From contig JAHDEF010000003.1 in the NCBI GenBank assembly GCA_020628975.1, forward strand, positions 1 to 32,817: 32,817 nt of DNA. Reading direction: 5' to 3'. This document shows, one piece after another, positions 16,976-24,760 of this stretch; position 1 is the first letter of the stretch; each line of letters opens with the position of its first letter. Below the pieces are notes generated by a model. That model saw nothing but the letters and a program-made list of their open reading frames with translations. It made no database searches and was not told the origin of the DNA. Source of the stretch: Aquimarina sp. (GTDB taxonomy: Bacteria > Bacteroidota > Bacteroidia > Flavobacteriales > Flavobacteriaceae). A program made the translations under genes and the position numbers.

Positions 16976-17507
16976 GGCTTAAGATTTTTTGTCTTTTTAG
17001 AATTTCGTTTTGCAGCAAAACTCTAGCCCTAGACAGGTTAGATTTGGAAGTGCCTACAGATATACCTAACGATTTAGCTATTTCTGGGTGGCTATAATCA
17101 TCAAGGACATACATACTGAATACGATACGGTATTTGGGGGATAGATGGTGTATCATTTCTAAAAGTTCGTTTAATGTAAACGGAGCGTTTGTATCGCTTA
17201 CGTCATCGTGTATTATATTTTGATTTTCATCGAGTTCTTCAAAAAAATGATGTTTTCTATAATAACTTAATATGGTATTTACTGTTATTTTTCTAGCCCA
17301 ACCTTCAAATGAACCTTTAAATTTATATTGATCTATTTTGTTAAAAATAGTAATGATGGCTTCTTGAAATAAATCTTCGGCTAGTGCTTTTTCTTTGCAA
17401 TATTTGAAACAAACACCGAAAAGTTTTGGCGCAAGAATCTTGTAGAGGCTTTTTTGAGCTCTACGTTCCTTTTGTTGACATTCAAGTATCAGTTGGTCTA
17501 ATTCCAA
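16968..17507 (-). CDS. ECF RNA polymerase sigma factor (sigma70 family)
   Basis: Region 2 AEDLFQEAII...FEGWARKITVN; region 4 LSPKYRIVF...YSHPEIAKSLGISVGTSKSNLSRAR. Start moved to TTG17507 (MELDQLILEC) because TTG17555 overlaps the predicted -10 element. Confidence 0.9.
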   Translation of the reverse strand: MELDQLILECQQKERRAQKSLYKILAPKLFGVCFKYCKEKALAEDLFQEAIITIFNKIDQYKFKGSFEGWARKITVNTILSYYRKHHFFEELDENQNIIHDDVSDTNAPFTLNELLEMIHHLSPKYRIVFSMYVLDDYSHPEIAKSLGISVGTSKSNLSRARVLLQNEILKRQKILSRG

Positions 17508-17554
17508 AAATACACTTGATTTAAGTAAGTGACTTTGGTTAAAGTTCAAAGTCA

Positions 17555-17580
17555 AGATGTATTTATTACAGAAAGGTTGC
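17555..17580 (-). promoter_or_regulatory. ECF-type promoter for the sigma/anti-sigma operon
   Basis: GCAACC-tttctgtaataaata(15)-CATCT on the minus strand. Confidence 0.6.
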
Positions 17581-17600
17581 GTAAATTTTTAAAAAATAAA

Positions 17601-17626
17601 GCAACCTTTTTGTGAAATTTTACTCT
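17601..17626 (+). promoter_or_regulatory. ECF-type promoter for the lipoprotein gene
   Basis: GCAACC-tttttgtgaaatttt(15)-ACTCT; same -35 and spacing as the divergent copy. Confidence 0.6.
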
Positions 17627-17655
17627 TAAAGGTATAAACTCTTAATTTTTAGATC

Positions 17656-18909
17656 ATGAAAACTTCTTTTTGGTTGGCTTTGTACCTTCTTTTTGCAACG
17701 CTCATAGCATGTAACGATGATGATAGTGGTGGTGAGTGTTTCTCTCCAACACAAAATATTGAACTTGCTAAGTTTGACAGTGATATGGGATGTGACTGTG
17801 ACCCCGATATAGATGCTCCTAATTGTGTGAATAGTTTACCGTTTAAATGTGAAGAAGGTAAATGGATTCTTTCACCGGCTGTTCTTTGCGAATCCTATAT
17901 AAGTTGTAACGAAACGCCGATCTCGGAATTGGATTGGTTACAAGAATTGATAAACACATATAATGACCCCAAAGCCAATACTACAGGAGTAGAAATTACT
18001 TTATATGATTATAAAGAAGGGCAAATTTTCTTAATCGATCATTGTATAAATGTCCAATGTTTTGTCCCTGAATACGAAATTTTAAATTGTCAAGGAGAAA
18101 GAATTTGTTCAAGTAATCTTGGGAATAGTACCGAAGCAGAGCAATGTGAAAACATTTTAAAAGGAGCGACTAATCCTAGAGTTGTTTATACAAATAGGAT
18201 CAATGCCAATACTTGTGATAATGCAGTAGAGATTAATGGAGACTTATATGATAACTCAACAGAAAGAAATTATACAATAGAAAAAGTATCTTGGGACGGT
18301 ACTTGTTTGAAAATTAAATTTAATTCTGGTGGTTGCGATGGAAGTACTTGGGTAACTAGATTAATTGACCAAGGTGTTGTGATGGAGTCATTTCCAGTGC
18401 AGCGAAACGTAAAAATGATTTTAGAGAATGAAGAGTTGTGCTTTGCTTTACCTGTACAAGAACATTCTTTTGATATGAGTCCCATTTTAGCACAAAATGA
18501 CAAAATCTACTTGAATATTGAAGGTTATAATAAACAGGTTCTTATAGAAAAAGGAATTTTAAACAATCCCAACCCTGGTGATTGCACAAAAAAACCAATT
18601 TTAGATGACTTGCATTTAATTGACATTGCACCAACAGACCCAAGTAAATTAGAAATTATAGATCAATGTCTATATATCACATTCAAAGCATCTGAATTTT
18701 CAGATATCAGTAAAGATGTTGTGTTAATTGATAGTGGAATAGAAACAAAAGCAATCCCACCCACAAGTGTTCCTGTTTTTTCTGCTGGTTATTTTACAGA
18801 TACCTCATTAAAAGAATACACTGTTGGTTTTGATATTAGTGATTTTTATTCAGCCCCCCGTTATATTAGTATTGGGAAGCATAAAGTATTTTATGAAGGG
18901 CCTCAATAG
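17656..18909 (+). CDS. Cys-rich modular lipoprotein of unknown function
   Basis: Lipobox LIA-C followed by acidic NDDDS; many Cys; two related C-terminal domains. Confidence 0.8.
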   Translation: MKTSFWLALYLLFATLIACNDDDSGGECFSPTQNIELAKFDSDMGCDCDPDIDAPNCVNSLPFKCEEGKWILSPAVLCESYISCNETPISELDWLQELINTYNDPKANTTGVEITLYDYKEGQIFLIDHCINVQCFVPEYEILNCQGERICSSNLGNSTEAEQCENILKGATNPRVVYTNRINANTCDNAVEINGDLYDNSTERNYTIEKVSWDGTCLKIKFNSGGCDGSTWVTRLIDQGVVMESFPVQRNVKMILENEELCFALPVQEHSFDMSPILAQNDKIYLNIEGYNKQVLIEKGILNNPNPGDCTKKPILDDLHLIDIAPTDPSKLEIIDQCLYITFKASEFSDISKDVVLIDSGIETKAIPPTSVPVFSAGYFTDTSLKEYTVGFDISDFYSAPRYISIGKHKVFYEGPQ

Positions 18910-19021
18910 TAAATGAATCTAAAGTGAAACAAAAAAGAAACCAAAAAGCGCTATTTTTTGTTAAATTTTCAAAAAAATAAAGTTTTTATTGCTATAATTC
19001 AGAATATTCTTAAATTTCGAA

Positions 19022-19145
19022 TAATATTCAATAACACAATCGATTGCTACACAAAAACAATTGATATAGTAACAGATGATATACTTCCTATCTGTTATTC
19101 GTATTGAATTTCGGCGCACTTTGGGGGAAGTGCGCCTTATTTTTT
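19022..19145 (+). ncRNA. Candidate structured small RNA (three-way junction + terminator)
   Basis: Upstream TAAATTTC (-7-like, 19011-19018). Stems 19026-33/19102-09, 19039-46/19058-65 and 19070-77/19090-97. Own terminator at 19113-19145. Confidence 0.55.
19113..19145 (+). terminator. Intrinsic terminator with TGGGGG loop
   Basis: GGCGCACTT-TGGGGG-AAGTGCGCC followed by TTATTTTTT. Confidence 0.8.
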
Positions 19146-19150
19146 AAAAC

Positions 19151-19185
19151 AAAAAGCACGATATCATTAAAATATCGTGCTTTTT
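19151..19185. terminator. Bidirectional intrinsic terminator downstream of asd
   Basis: Perfect 14-bp inverted repeat AAAAAGCACGATAT-7 nt-ATATCGTGCTTTTT. Confidence 0.85.
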
Positions 19186-19211
19186 AGATTTGTATTATGA
19201 GCTTTTAGCGG

Positions 19212-20204
19212 TTAAGCCAAAATACCTTTTTCAACTAAGTATTCTGCTATTTGAACCGTATTTGTAGCAGCTCCTTTACGTAAATTATCAGCAACAATCC
19301 ACATGTTTAATGTATTTGGTTTTGATTCATCACGGCGAAGACGACCTACAAAAACTTCATCTTTTTCGTGAGCAAACATTGGCATAGGGTATTCGTTATT
19401 GCCAGGATTGTCTTGAACTATTACTCCAGGTGTTGCAGCAAGAATTTTGCGAACATCAGCCAAATCAAAATCATTTTCAAATTCTACGTTTACCGCTTCT
19501 GAATGCCCGCCAGCTGTAGGTATACGAACTGCTGTTGCAGTAACATCAAAAGAGTTATCACCTAAAATTTTCTTAGGCTCTTTAACCAACTTCATTTCCT
19601 CTTTGGTATACCCGTTTTCTAAGAAAACATCACAATGCGGTAAGGCATTTCTTCCGATAGGATATGGATAAGCCATTTCTCCTTCAATACCTGCAACTTC
19701 ATTTTCTAATTGTTGAACAGCCTTTACACCAGTCCCTGAAACAGATTGATAGGTAGAAACGATTACACGTTTCATTTTATATTTTTTATGCAAAGGACCT
19801 AAAGCCATAACCATTTGTATGGTAGAACAATTAGGGTTTGCAATAATTTTATCTTCTGAAGTCAATACGTCACCATTAATTTCTGGAACCACTAATTTTT
19901 TAGAAGGATCCATTCTCCATGCAGAAGAATTATCAATAACAGTTGTACCTACCTCAGCAAATTTAGGAGCCCATTCTACAGAGGTATCACCACCTGCAGA
20001 AAATAAAGCTACGTCAGGTTTCATTTCAACAGCAGTAGGTAAAGTTACACAAGCGTATTCTTTGCCTTTGAAAGCAAGTTTCTTTCCTTCCGATTTTGCA
20101 GAAGCAACAGGAATTAATTCTGTTACAGGGAAATTACGCTCTTCCAATACTTTTAACATTACGGTACCTACCATTCCGGTAGCACCTACTACAGCTACTT
20201 TCAT
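19212..20204 (-). CDS. asd: Aspartate-semialdehyde dehydrogenase
   Basis: VAVVGATGMVG, IDNSSAWRM, catalytic IIANPNCSTIQ, STYQSVSGTG, DNLRKGAATN. Confidence 0.97.
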   Translation of the reverse strand: MKVAVVGATGMVGTVMLKVLEERNFPVTELIPVASAKSEGKKLAFKGKEYACVTLPTAVEMKPDVALFSAGGDTSVEWAPKFAEVGTTVIDNSSAWRMDPSKKLVVPEINGDVLTSEDKIIANPNCSTIQMVMALGPLHKKYKMKRVIVSTYQSVSGTGVKAVQQLENEVAGIEGEMAYPYPIGRNALPHCDVFLENGYTKEEMKLVKEPKKILGDNSFDVTATAVRIPTAGGHSEAVNVEFENDFDLADVRKILAATPGVIVQDNPGNNEYPMPMFAHEKDEVFVGRLRRDESKPNTLNMWIVADNLRKGAATNTVQIAEYLVEKGILA

Positions 20205-20235
20205 TACTTATGAGTTATAAATTTAATAAGGAGTG

Positions 20236-20243
20236 CAAAATTA
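20236..20243 (-). promoter_or_regulatory. -7 box for asd
   Basis: TAATTTTG(C) on the minus strand, ~30 nt upstream of the ATG. Confidence 0.6.
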
Positions 20244-20312
20244 ATACTTTATTTGCTAATAACAATAAATTTTGTAAATGACAATATTTTCTTTAGCCTG
20301 TTTTTAGCACAC

Positions 20313-20348
20313 AAAAAAAGGAGTGGTTTTTTGAAGACCACCCCCTTT
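20313..20348 (-). terminator. Intrinsic terminator of the BON-LysM gene
   Basis: Minus strand GGGGTGGTCTT-caa-AAAACCACTCC followed by T7. Confidence 0.7.
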
Positions 20349-20372
20349 AACAGTATAAATTTTCTGCGTAGA

Positions 20373-20855
20373 CTACGACAATGGTGGAATACGTAATACT
20401 TGACCTGGATAAATTTTATCAGGATCAGATAACATAGGTTTATTTGCTTCGAAAATTACAGGGTATTTCATTGCATCGCCATATACCTCTTTAGCAATCT
20501 TGCTTAAATAATCTCCTTTTTCAACAGTATAATAAGTCGCTTCTGGTTCTGGGTTGTCCACAATAATTTGATCGTCGACTTGTCCAATACCTTCTGTGTT
20601 TCCTACAACAAGAACAGCTTTTTCTTTAGATGATTGATCTTGCGCAACACCGGTAACAGTAGCCAGTTCGCCATCAATAACAACACTCATATTTTCTACT
20701 TCAATTCCTAATGCTGAAACCGTTTCGATCATTTTTGTTGCTGCTGCTTCATTGGCTGCTGCCGTTGCCGCTGCCGCTTCTGCTGCTTCTTCAGCTACTG
20801 ATTTGCCAATACCAAGCTTTGCACCAGCATTTTTAATAAAAGATAATAATCCCAT
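20373..20855 (-). CDS. lysM: BON + LysM domain protein (YgaU/Kbp family)
   Basis: MGLLSFIKNAGAKL, BON domain (GNTEGIGQVDDQ), LysM YTVEKGDYLSKIAK...IFEANKPMLSDPDKIYPGQVLRIP. Confidence 0.92.
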   Translation of the reverse strand: MGLLSFIKNAGAKLGIGKSVAEEAAEAAAATAAANEAAATKMIETVSALGIEVENMSVVIDGELATVTGVAQDQSSKEKAVLVVGNTEGIGQVDDQIIVDNPEPEATYYTVEKGDYLSKIAKEVYGDAMKYPVIFEANKPMLSDPDKIYPGQVLRIPPLS

Positions 20856-20925
20856 GATTTTGTGTTTTTTAATAATTTATTAAATCGAAGTTACAAAATT
20901 ACACCTATTCCATACTAGCCTAAAA

Positions 20926-20994
20926 ACAAAAAAGCCGTTTTGAATTTCAAAACGACTTTTTAAACATAACAACTAACTAAACTAAATGATTCTA
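20926..20994 (-). ncRNA. Candidate sigma54-driven small RNA with UUAGU repeats
   Basis: Minus strand: TGGCAT-AATTA-TGGT motif, then ATTTAGTTTAGTTAGTTGTTATG, then terminator AAAAGTCGTTTTGA-AAT-TCAAAACGGCTTTTTT. No ORF feeds this terminator. Confidence 0.5.
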
Positions 20995-21005
20995 AAAGAA
21001 TACTA

Positions 21006-21021
21006 ACCATAATTATGCCAA
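21006..21021 (-). promoter_or_regulatory. Sigma54-like -24/-12 promoter
   Basis: TTGGCAT-AATTA-TGGT versus consensus TGGCAC-N5-TTGC; the -12 element is imperfect. Confidence 0.4.
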
Positions 21022-21082
21022 AAATGATTTATGAAGAAAATAGAGTTTCGGCACAAGTTTTTAATAGCTGAATAGGAATGTG

Positions 21083-21090
21083 TATTTTTG
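21083..21090 (+). promoter_or_regulatory. -7 box for gpsA
   Basis: TATTTTTG 17 nt upstream of ATG21108. Confidence 0.55.
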
Positions 21091-21107
21091 AAAAAATAGT
21101 TTTTTAA

Positions 21108-22100
21108 ATGGAAAATACAGCTCGTTTTGCAGTTATTGGTGGTGGAAGCTGGGGTACAGCCTTGGTGAAAATGCTATGCGAAAATGTAGATCACTTGAAT
21201 TGGTATGTTCGCGGTGCTGAAACGGTTGAGTATTTATACGAACATAAACATAATCCGCGTTATTTGAGTTCAGTGGAGTTCGATATGAGTAAACTTTCAA
21301 TAAGTGCTTGTATAAACGAAGCGGTAGAAGATGCTGAAATTATCATTTTTGCAATCCCTTCTGCCTTTTTAAATGATGAATTGGCTAAGCTAAATATCGA
21401 TATTAGTAGTAGAATTATTTTTTCGGCAATCAAAGGTATCGTTCCTGAAACAAGTTTGATTGTCGGAGAACATTTTAATAACATTTACGAAATTCCTTTA
21501 GATAATATTGGTGTGATTACGGGGCCTTGTCATGCAGAAGAAGTGGCTCTAGAAAAACTTTCCTACTTAACCATTGCTTGTAGTGATACTAAGAAAGCAG
21601 AATTTTTAGCTTCAAAATTAAGATCACACTATATAACATGCAAAACTAGCGATGATATTATCGGAACAGAATATGCTGCGGTACTAAAAAATATTTATGC
21701 TATAGCAGCAGGAATTGCTCATGGTCTAGGGTATGGAGATAATTTTCAAAGTGTGCTAATGAGTAATGCCATTCGCGAAATGAAACGTTTTATTAAAAAG
21801 CGACATAAAATGAAGCGAAATATTAATAATTCAGCCTATTTAGGTGATTTGTTAGTTACGGGTTATTCTACTTTTTCTAGAAATAGAATGTTCGGGAACA
21901 TGTTAGGGAAAGGGTATACCGTTAAAAGTGCTATGATGGAAATGAACATGGTAGCCGAAGGGTATTATGCTACTAAAAGCGCTTTTTTACTAAACGATGA
22001 CGCAGCTCGAATTCCCATTATCGAAGCTGTTTACAACGTGTTATATGTTGGCAAAAGTGCCAAAAAAACATTTCGAAAATTATCTGACCAACTAGATTAA
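21108..22100 (+). CDS. gpsA: NAD(P)H-dependent glycerol-3-phosphate dehydrogenase
   Basis: GGGSWGTAL, KGI, GPCHAEEV, LKNIYAIAAG, GDLLVTGYS.FSRNR.FG, VAEG. Confidence 0.96.
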   Translation: MENTARFAVIGGGSWGTALVKMLCENVDHLNWYVRGAETVEYLYEHKHNPRYLSSVEFDMSKLSISACINEAVEDAEIIIFAIPSAFLNDELAKLNIDISSRIIFSAIKGIVPETSLIVGEHFNNIYEIPLDNIGVITGPCHAEEVALEKLSYLTIACSDTKKAEFLASKLRSHYITCKTSDDIIGTEYAAVLKNIYAIAAGIAHGLGYGDNFQSVLMSNAIREMKRFIKKRHKMKRNINNSAYLGDLLVTGYSTFSRNRMFGNMLGKGYTVKSAMMEMNMVAEGYYATKSAFLLNDDAARIPIIEAVYNVLYVGKSAKKTFRKLSDQLD

Positions 22101-23186
22101 TTCAAAATGTTTACCAGGTAGGGGTCTAATGATGTTTTTTAATTCCATTTGCAATAATATCGATGATAACATATGCATCGGTAAATCGCAATGAATAGCT
22201 ATACTATCTATATGATCGTTATGGTGTTCTTTTAAATATTGGAAGACTTTATCTTCATCATTTGTCAACTCGGTGAAAAGCTCAAGTTGAGGTTTTTCAA
22301 TTTTGCCGGATGTATCCCAATTTAAGTTAGTAACTATATCTTCAGCACAGGTTAGTAAATGAGCTTGATTGTTTTTAATAAGCTTGTTACATCCAGCACT
22401 TAAACTATCATTATATCTGCCAGCAAGTGCAAAAACTTCGCGGTTATACCCATTACTCATTAATGCAGTAGTAATTGAACCTCCTTTAAGGGCGCTTTCA
22501 ATTACAATGGTAGCTTCTGATAAGCCTGCAACAATACGATTTCTTCTTAAAAAATTCTGTGGCACAAACTTATCCGTACTGGTAAAGTCGGTAAAAAATC
22601 CGCCTCTAGCTTCCACGTCTAACATATATTTTTTGTGTGTTTTCGGGTATATTTGATTCAATCCATGACCTAGGCAAGCAATGGTTTGTAATTCATTATC
22701 TATGGCTGCCTTATGGGCTGTAATATCAGTTCCATAAGCAAAACCAGAAACGATAATAGGGTCGTAAGGTTTAAGCGCAGCAACTAAATCCTGACAAAAT
22801 TGAATGCCCTGTTTGGTAATTTTACGTGTGCCAACAATACTTAAAATTTTTCTGTTTTTTAGCTGATAATTTCCTGTAGTATAAAGCAACACGGGGCTGT
22901 CGATACATTGTTTCAAAAGATAGGGGTAATTATCATTTTCAAAACTTAAGCATGAAATATTTTCTTGCTCTATGAATCGAAATTCATCATCAACTTCTTT
23001 TAAAACTTGCGGATCATTGAAGCCTTTAATTTTGTGAAGTCCAATGCCAGGTATAGTAAGTAAATGTTCCTTTTTTTCTTTAAGTACCTCTTCTGCGCTA
23101 CCCACAGTTTGAATAAGTTTTTTAATGGATATATCGCCAAGATGTGGCATTTTTTTTAATGTCAGCAATGCTTTTAACGAATTCAA
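22092..23186 (-). CDS. dprA: DNA-processing protein DprA/Smf
   Basis: YPYLLKQCIDSPVLLY, SIVGTRK, VSGFAYGTDITAHKAA, FLRRNRIVAGLS, ESALKGGSITTA, C-terminal winged helix LLQMELK...LPG. The TTG start is uncertain. Confidence 0.95.
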   Translation of the reverse strand: MNSLKALLTLKKMPHLGDISIKKLIQTVGSAEEVLKEKKEHLLTIPGIGLHKIKGFNDPQVLKEVDDEFRFIEQENISCLSFENDNYPYLLKQCIDSPVLLYTTGNYQLKNRKILSIVGTRKITKQGIQFCQDLVAALKPYDPIIVSGFAYGTDITAHKAAIDNELQTIACLGHGLNQIYPKTHKKYMLDVEARGGFFTDFTSTDKFVPQNFLRRNRIVAGLSEATIVIESALKGGSITTALMSNGYNREVFALAGRYNDSLSAGCNKLIKNNQAHLLTCAEDIVTNLNWDTSGKIEKPQLELFTELTNDEDKVFQYLKEHHNDHIDSIAIHCDLPMHMLSSILLQMELKNIIRPLPGKHFELI

Positions 23187-23275
23187 TATCAGTTTTTTTT
23201 AAATTATTTTTTCTCGAAAACCCTCTGCTGTTAATAACTATTTCATAAAAAACAACGGTCAAAAGGGTTTTGTTT

Positions 23276-23283
23276 TATTTTTG
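23276..23283 (+). promoter_or_regulatory. -7 box immediately before the SPOR gene (likely leaderless transcript)
   Basis: TATTTTTG ends 5 nt before ATG23289. Confidence 0.5.
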
Positions 23284-23288
23284 TTTCC

Positions 23289-24227
23289 ATGCAAATCTCT
23301 AACTACATTACCGATTTATTGTACCGTTACGACTGTGTTATTTTGCCCAAATTTGGAGCTTTTATTAGTAAAAGAATTCCGGCAAAACTAGATAGTAGTC
23401 AACAAGTAATCGTGCCCCCATCTAAGCAAATCATGTTTAATGAGCAAATTACAAATAATGACGGTTTGCTTACAAATTATATTGCGGTTAAAGAGCATAT
23501 AAATTTCGAAGCTGCAAATGAGGTTCTTGAAAATTTTATTGATGACTTAAGAAAAGAGATTGCTGAACATACTTATTTTAATTTTCCTAAAATTGGAAAC
23601 TTTAGTATGAATAAAGAAGGGAAACTATTATTTGTTCCCAATACTGAAAGAAATTATTTAAAAGAAGCTTTTGGTTTATCGAATGTTGCAGCCATTGAGA
23701 TAAATCGTCCACCAGTTAAAGAAGTGGAATCGGCAGCAAGTTTAGTTTCAGAAGATCGTGAAAACAATTCAGAAAAAACAACGATACCATTTGGCAAGTA
23801 TGCAGCATCATTTGCATTGTTATTAGGTATTGGTGGGTATGTTTTTTGGAATCAATACAAAACCAACGAAGCGGAATTATATACAGAAACGAGTCGTTTG
23901 GTACAAGAGCATATACAAGAAGCCTCTTTCGCAATCGATATTCAAAATCCCTTACCGAGTATTACGCTAAATGTAACAGACGCGTTGCCTGAGAAAAACG
24001 AGAAGTTTTTTCACATCATTGCAGGAGCTTTTAGGGAAGAAGAAAATGCCGATAAACTGATACGCCGCTTGACAAGAAAAGGATTTGCGCCAGCTTATTT
24101 GGGCACTAATAAATTTGGGTTACACCAAGTTGCCTATAAAAGCTTTACAAATAAATTAGAGGCAGTTCGGTTTTTGGCTAAAATTAAGCGTGAACAAAAT
24201 AAGTCAGCCTGGATTTTAACAAAATAA
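23289..24227 (+). CDS. HU-CCDC81-like N-terminal domains + TM + SPOR domain protein
   Basis: ITDLLYRYDCVILPKFGAF...NNDGLL...IGNF (HU-like); TM YAASFALLLGIGGYVFW; SPOR FHIIAGAFREEENA...AWIL. Confidence 0.85.
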   Translation: MQISNYITDLLYRYDCVILPKFGAFISKRIPAKLDSSQQVIVPPSKQIMFNEQITNNDGLLTNYIAVKEHINFEAANEVLENFIDDLRKEIAEHTYFNFPKIGNFSMNKEGKLLFVPNTERNYLKEAFGLSNVAAIEINRPPVKEVESAASLVSEDRENNSEKTTIPFGKYAASFALLLGIGGYVFWNQYKTNEAELYTETSRLVQEHIQEASFAIDIQNPLPSITLNVTDALPEKNEKFFHIIAGAFREEENADKLIRRLTRKGFAPAYLGTNKFGLHQVAYKSFTNKLEAVRFLAKIKREQNKSAWILTK

Positions 24228-24228
24228 C

Positions 24229-24735
24229 ATGGCTAAAACTCCTAAAGACTCTTACACACTACTAACAGATATTGTGCTTCCTAGTGAAACGAATTCCTTG
24301 AATCATATGTTTGGAGGCGAGTTGCTGGCACGTATGGATCGTGCGGCAAGTATTGCTGCTAGAAGACATTGTAATGAAATTGTTGTTACGGCTTCTGTAA
24401 ATCATGTTTCTTTTGATAAACCAATTCCATTAGACAGTGTAGTGAGTGTTTCTGCAAAAGTTTCTAGAGCATTCAAAACTTCTATGGAGGTAGTTATTCA
24501 AGTTTGGATAGAACATCCTAAAGAGGGTCAAAAATACAAGGCCAATGAAGCTATATACACTTTTGTAGCCGTTAACGAGCAAAAAAAACCTGTTCCAGTT
24601 CCTGTATTAGTTCCTGAAACGAAGGAAGAAAAAGAATATTTTGATGCAGCTTTACGTAGAAAACAATTAAGCCTAGTACTAGCAGGAAGAATGAAACCCG
24701 ACGATGCTACCGAGTTAAAGGCATTGTTTAGTTAA
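24229..24735 (+). CDS. Acyl-CoA thioesterase (hotdog fold, YciA-like)
   Basis: VLPSETNSLNHMFGGELLARMDRAA, VVTASVNHVSF, TSMEV, YTFVAV. Confidence 0.92.
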   Translation: MAKTPKDSYTLLTDIVLPSETNSLNHMFGGELLARMDRAASIAARRHCNEIVVTASVNHVSFDKPIPLDSVVSVSAKVSRAFKTSMEVVIQVWIEHPKEGQKYKANEAIYTFVAVNEQKKPVPVPVLVPETKEEKEYFDAALRRKQLSLVLAGRMKPDDATELKALFS

Positions 24736-24760
24736 TGGTAAGATGGTAAAAAAATAGAAA

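Noticed and set aside
17133-17141. 9-nt complementarity between the 19120-28 loop (UUUGGGGGA) and the ECF sigma mRNA
   Set aside because: A 9-mer match deep in a CDS can arise by chance in a window this size; there is no further pairing support.
17508-17555. N-terminal extension of the sigma factor from TTG17555
   Set aside because: It overlaps the predicted -10 element; TTG17507 gives a typical ECF N-terminus.
20745-20795. GCN-rich repeat in the BON-LysM gene
   Set aside because: Simply encodes an Ala/Glu linker with mixed codons; not a true microsatellite.
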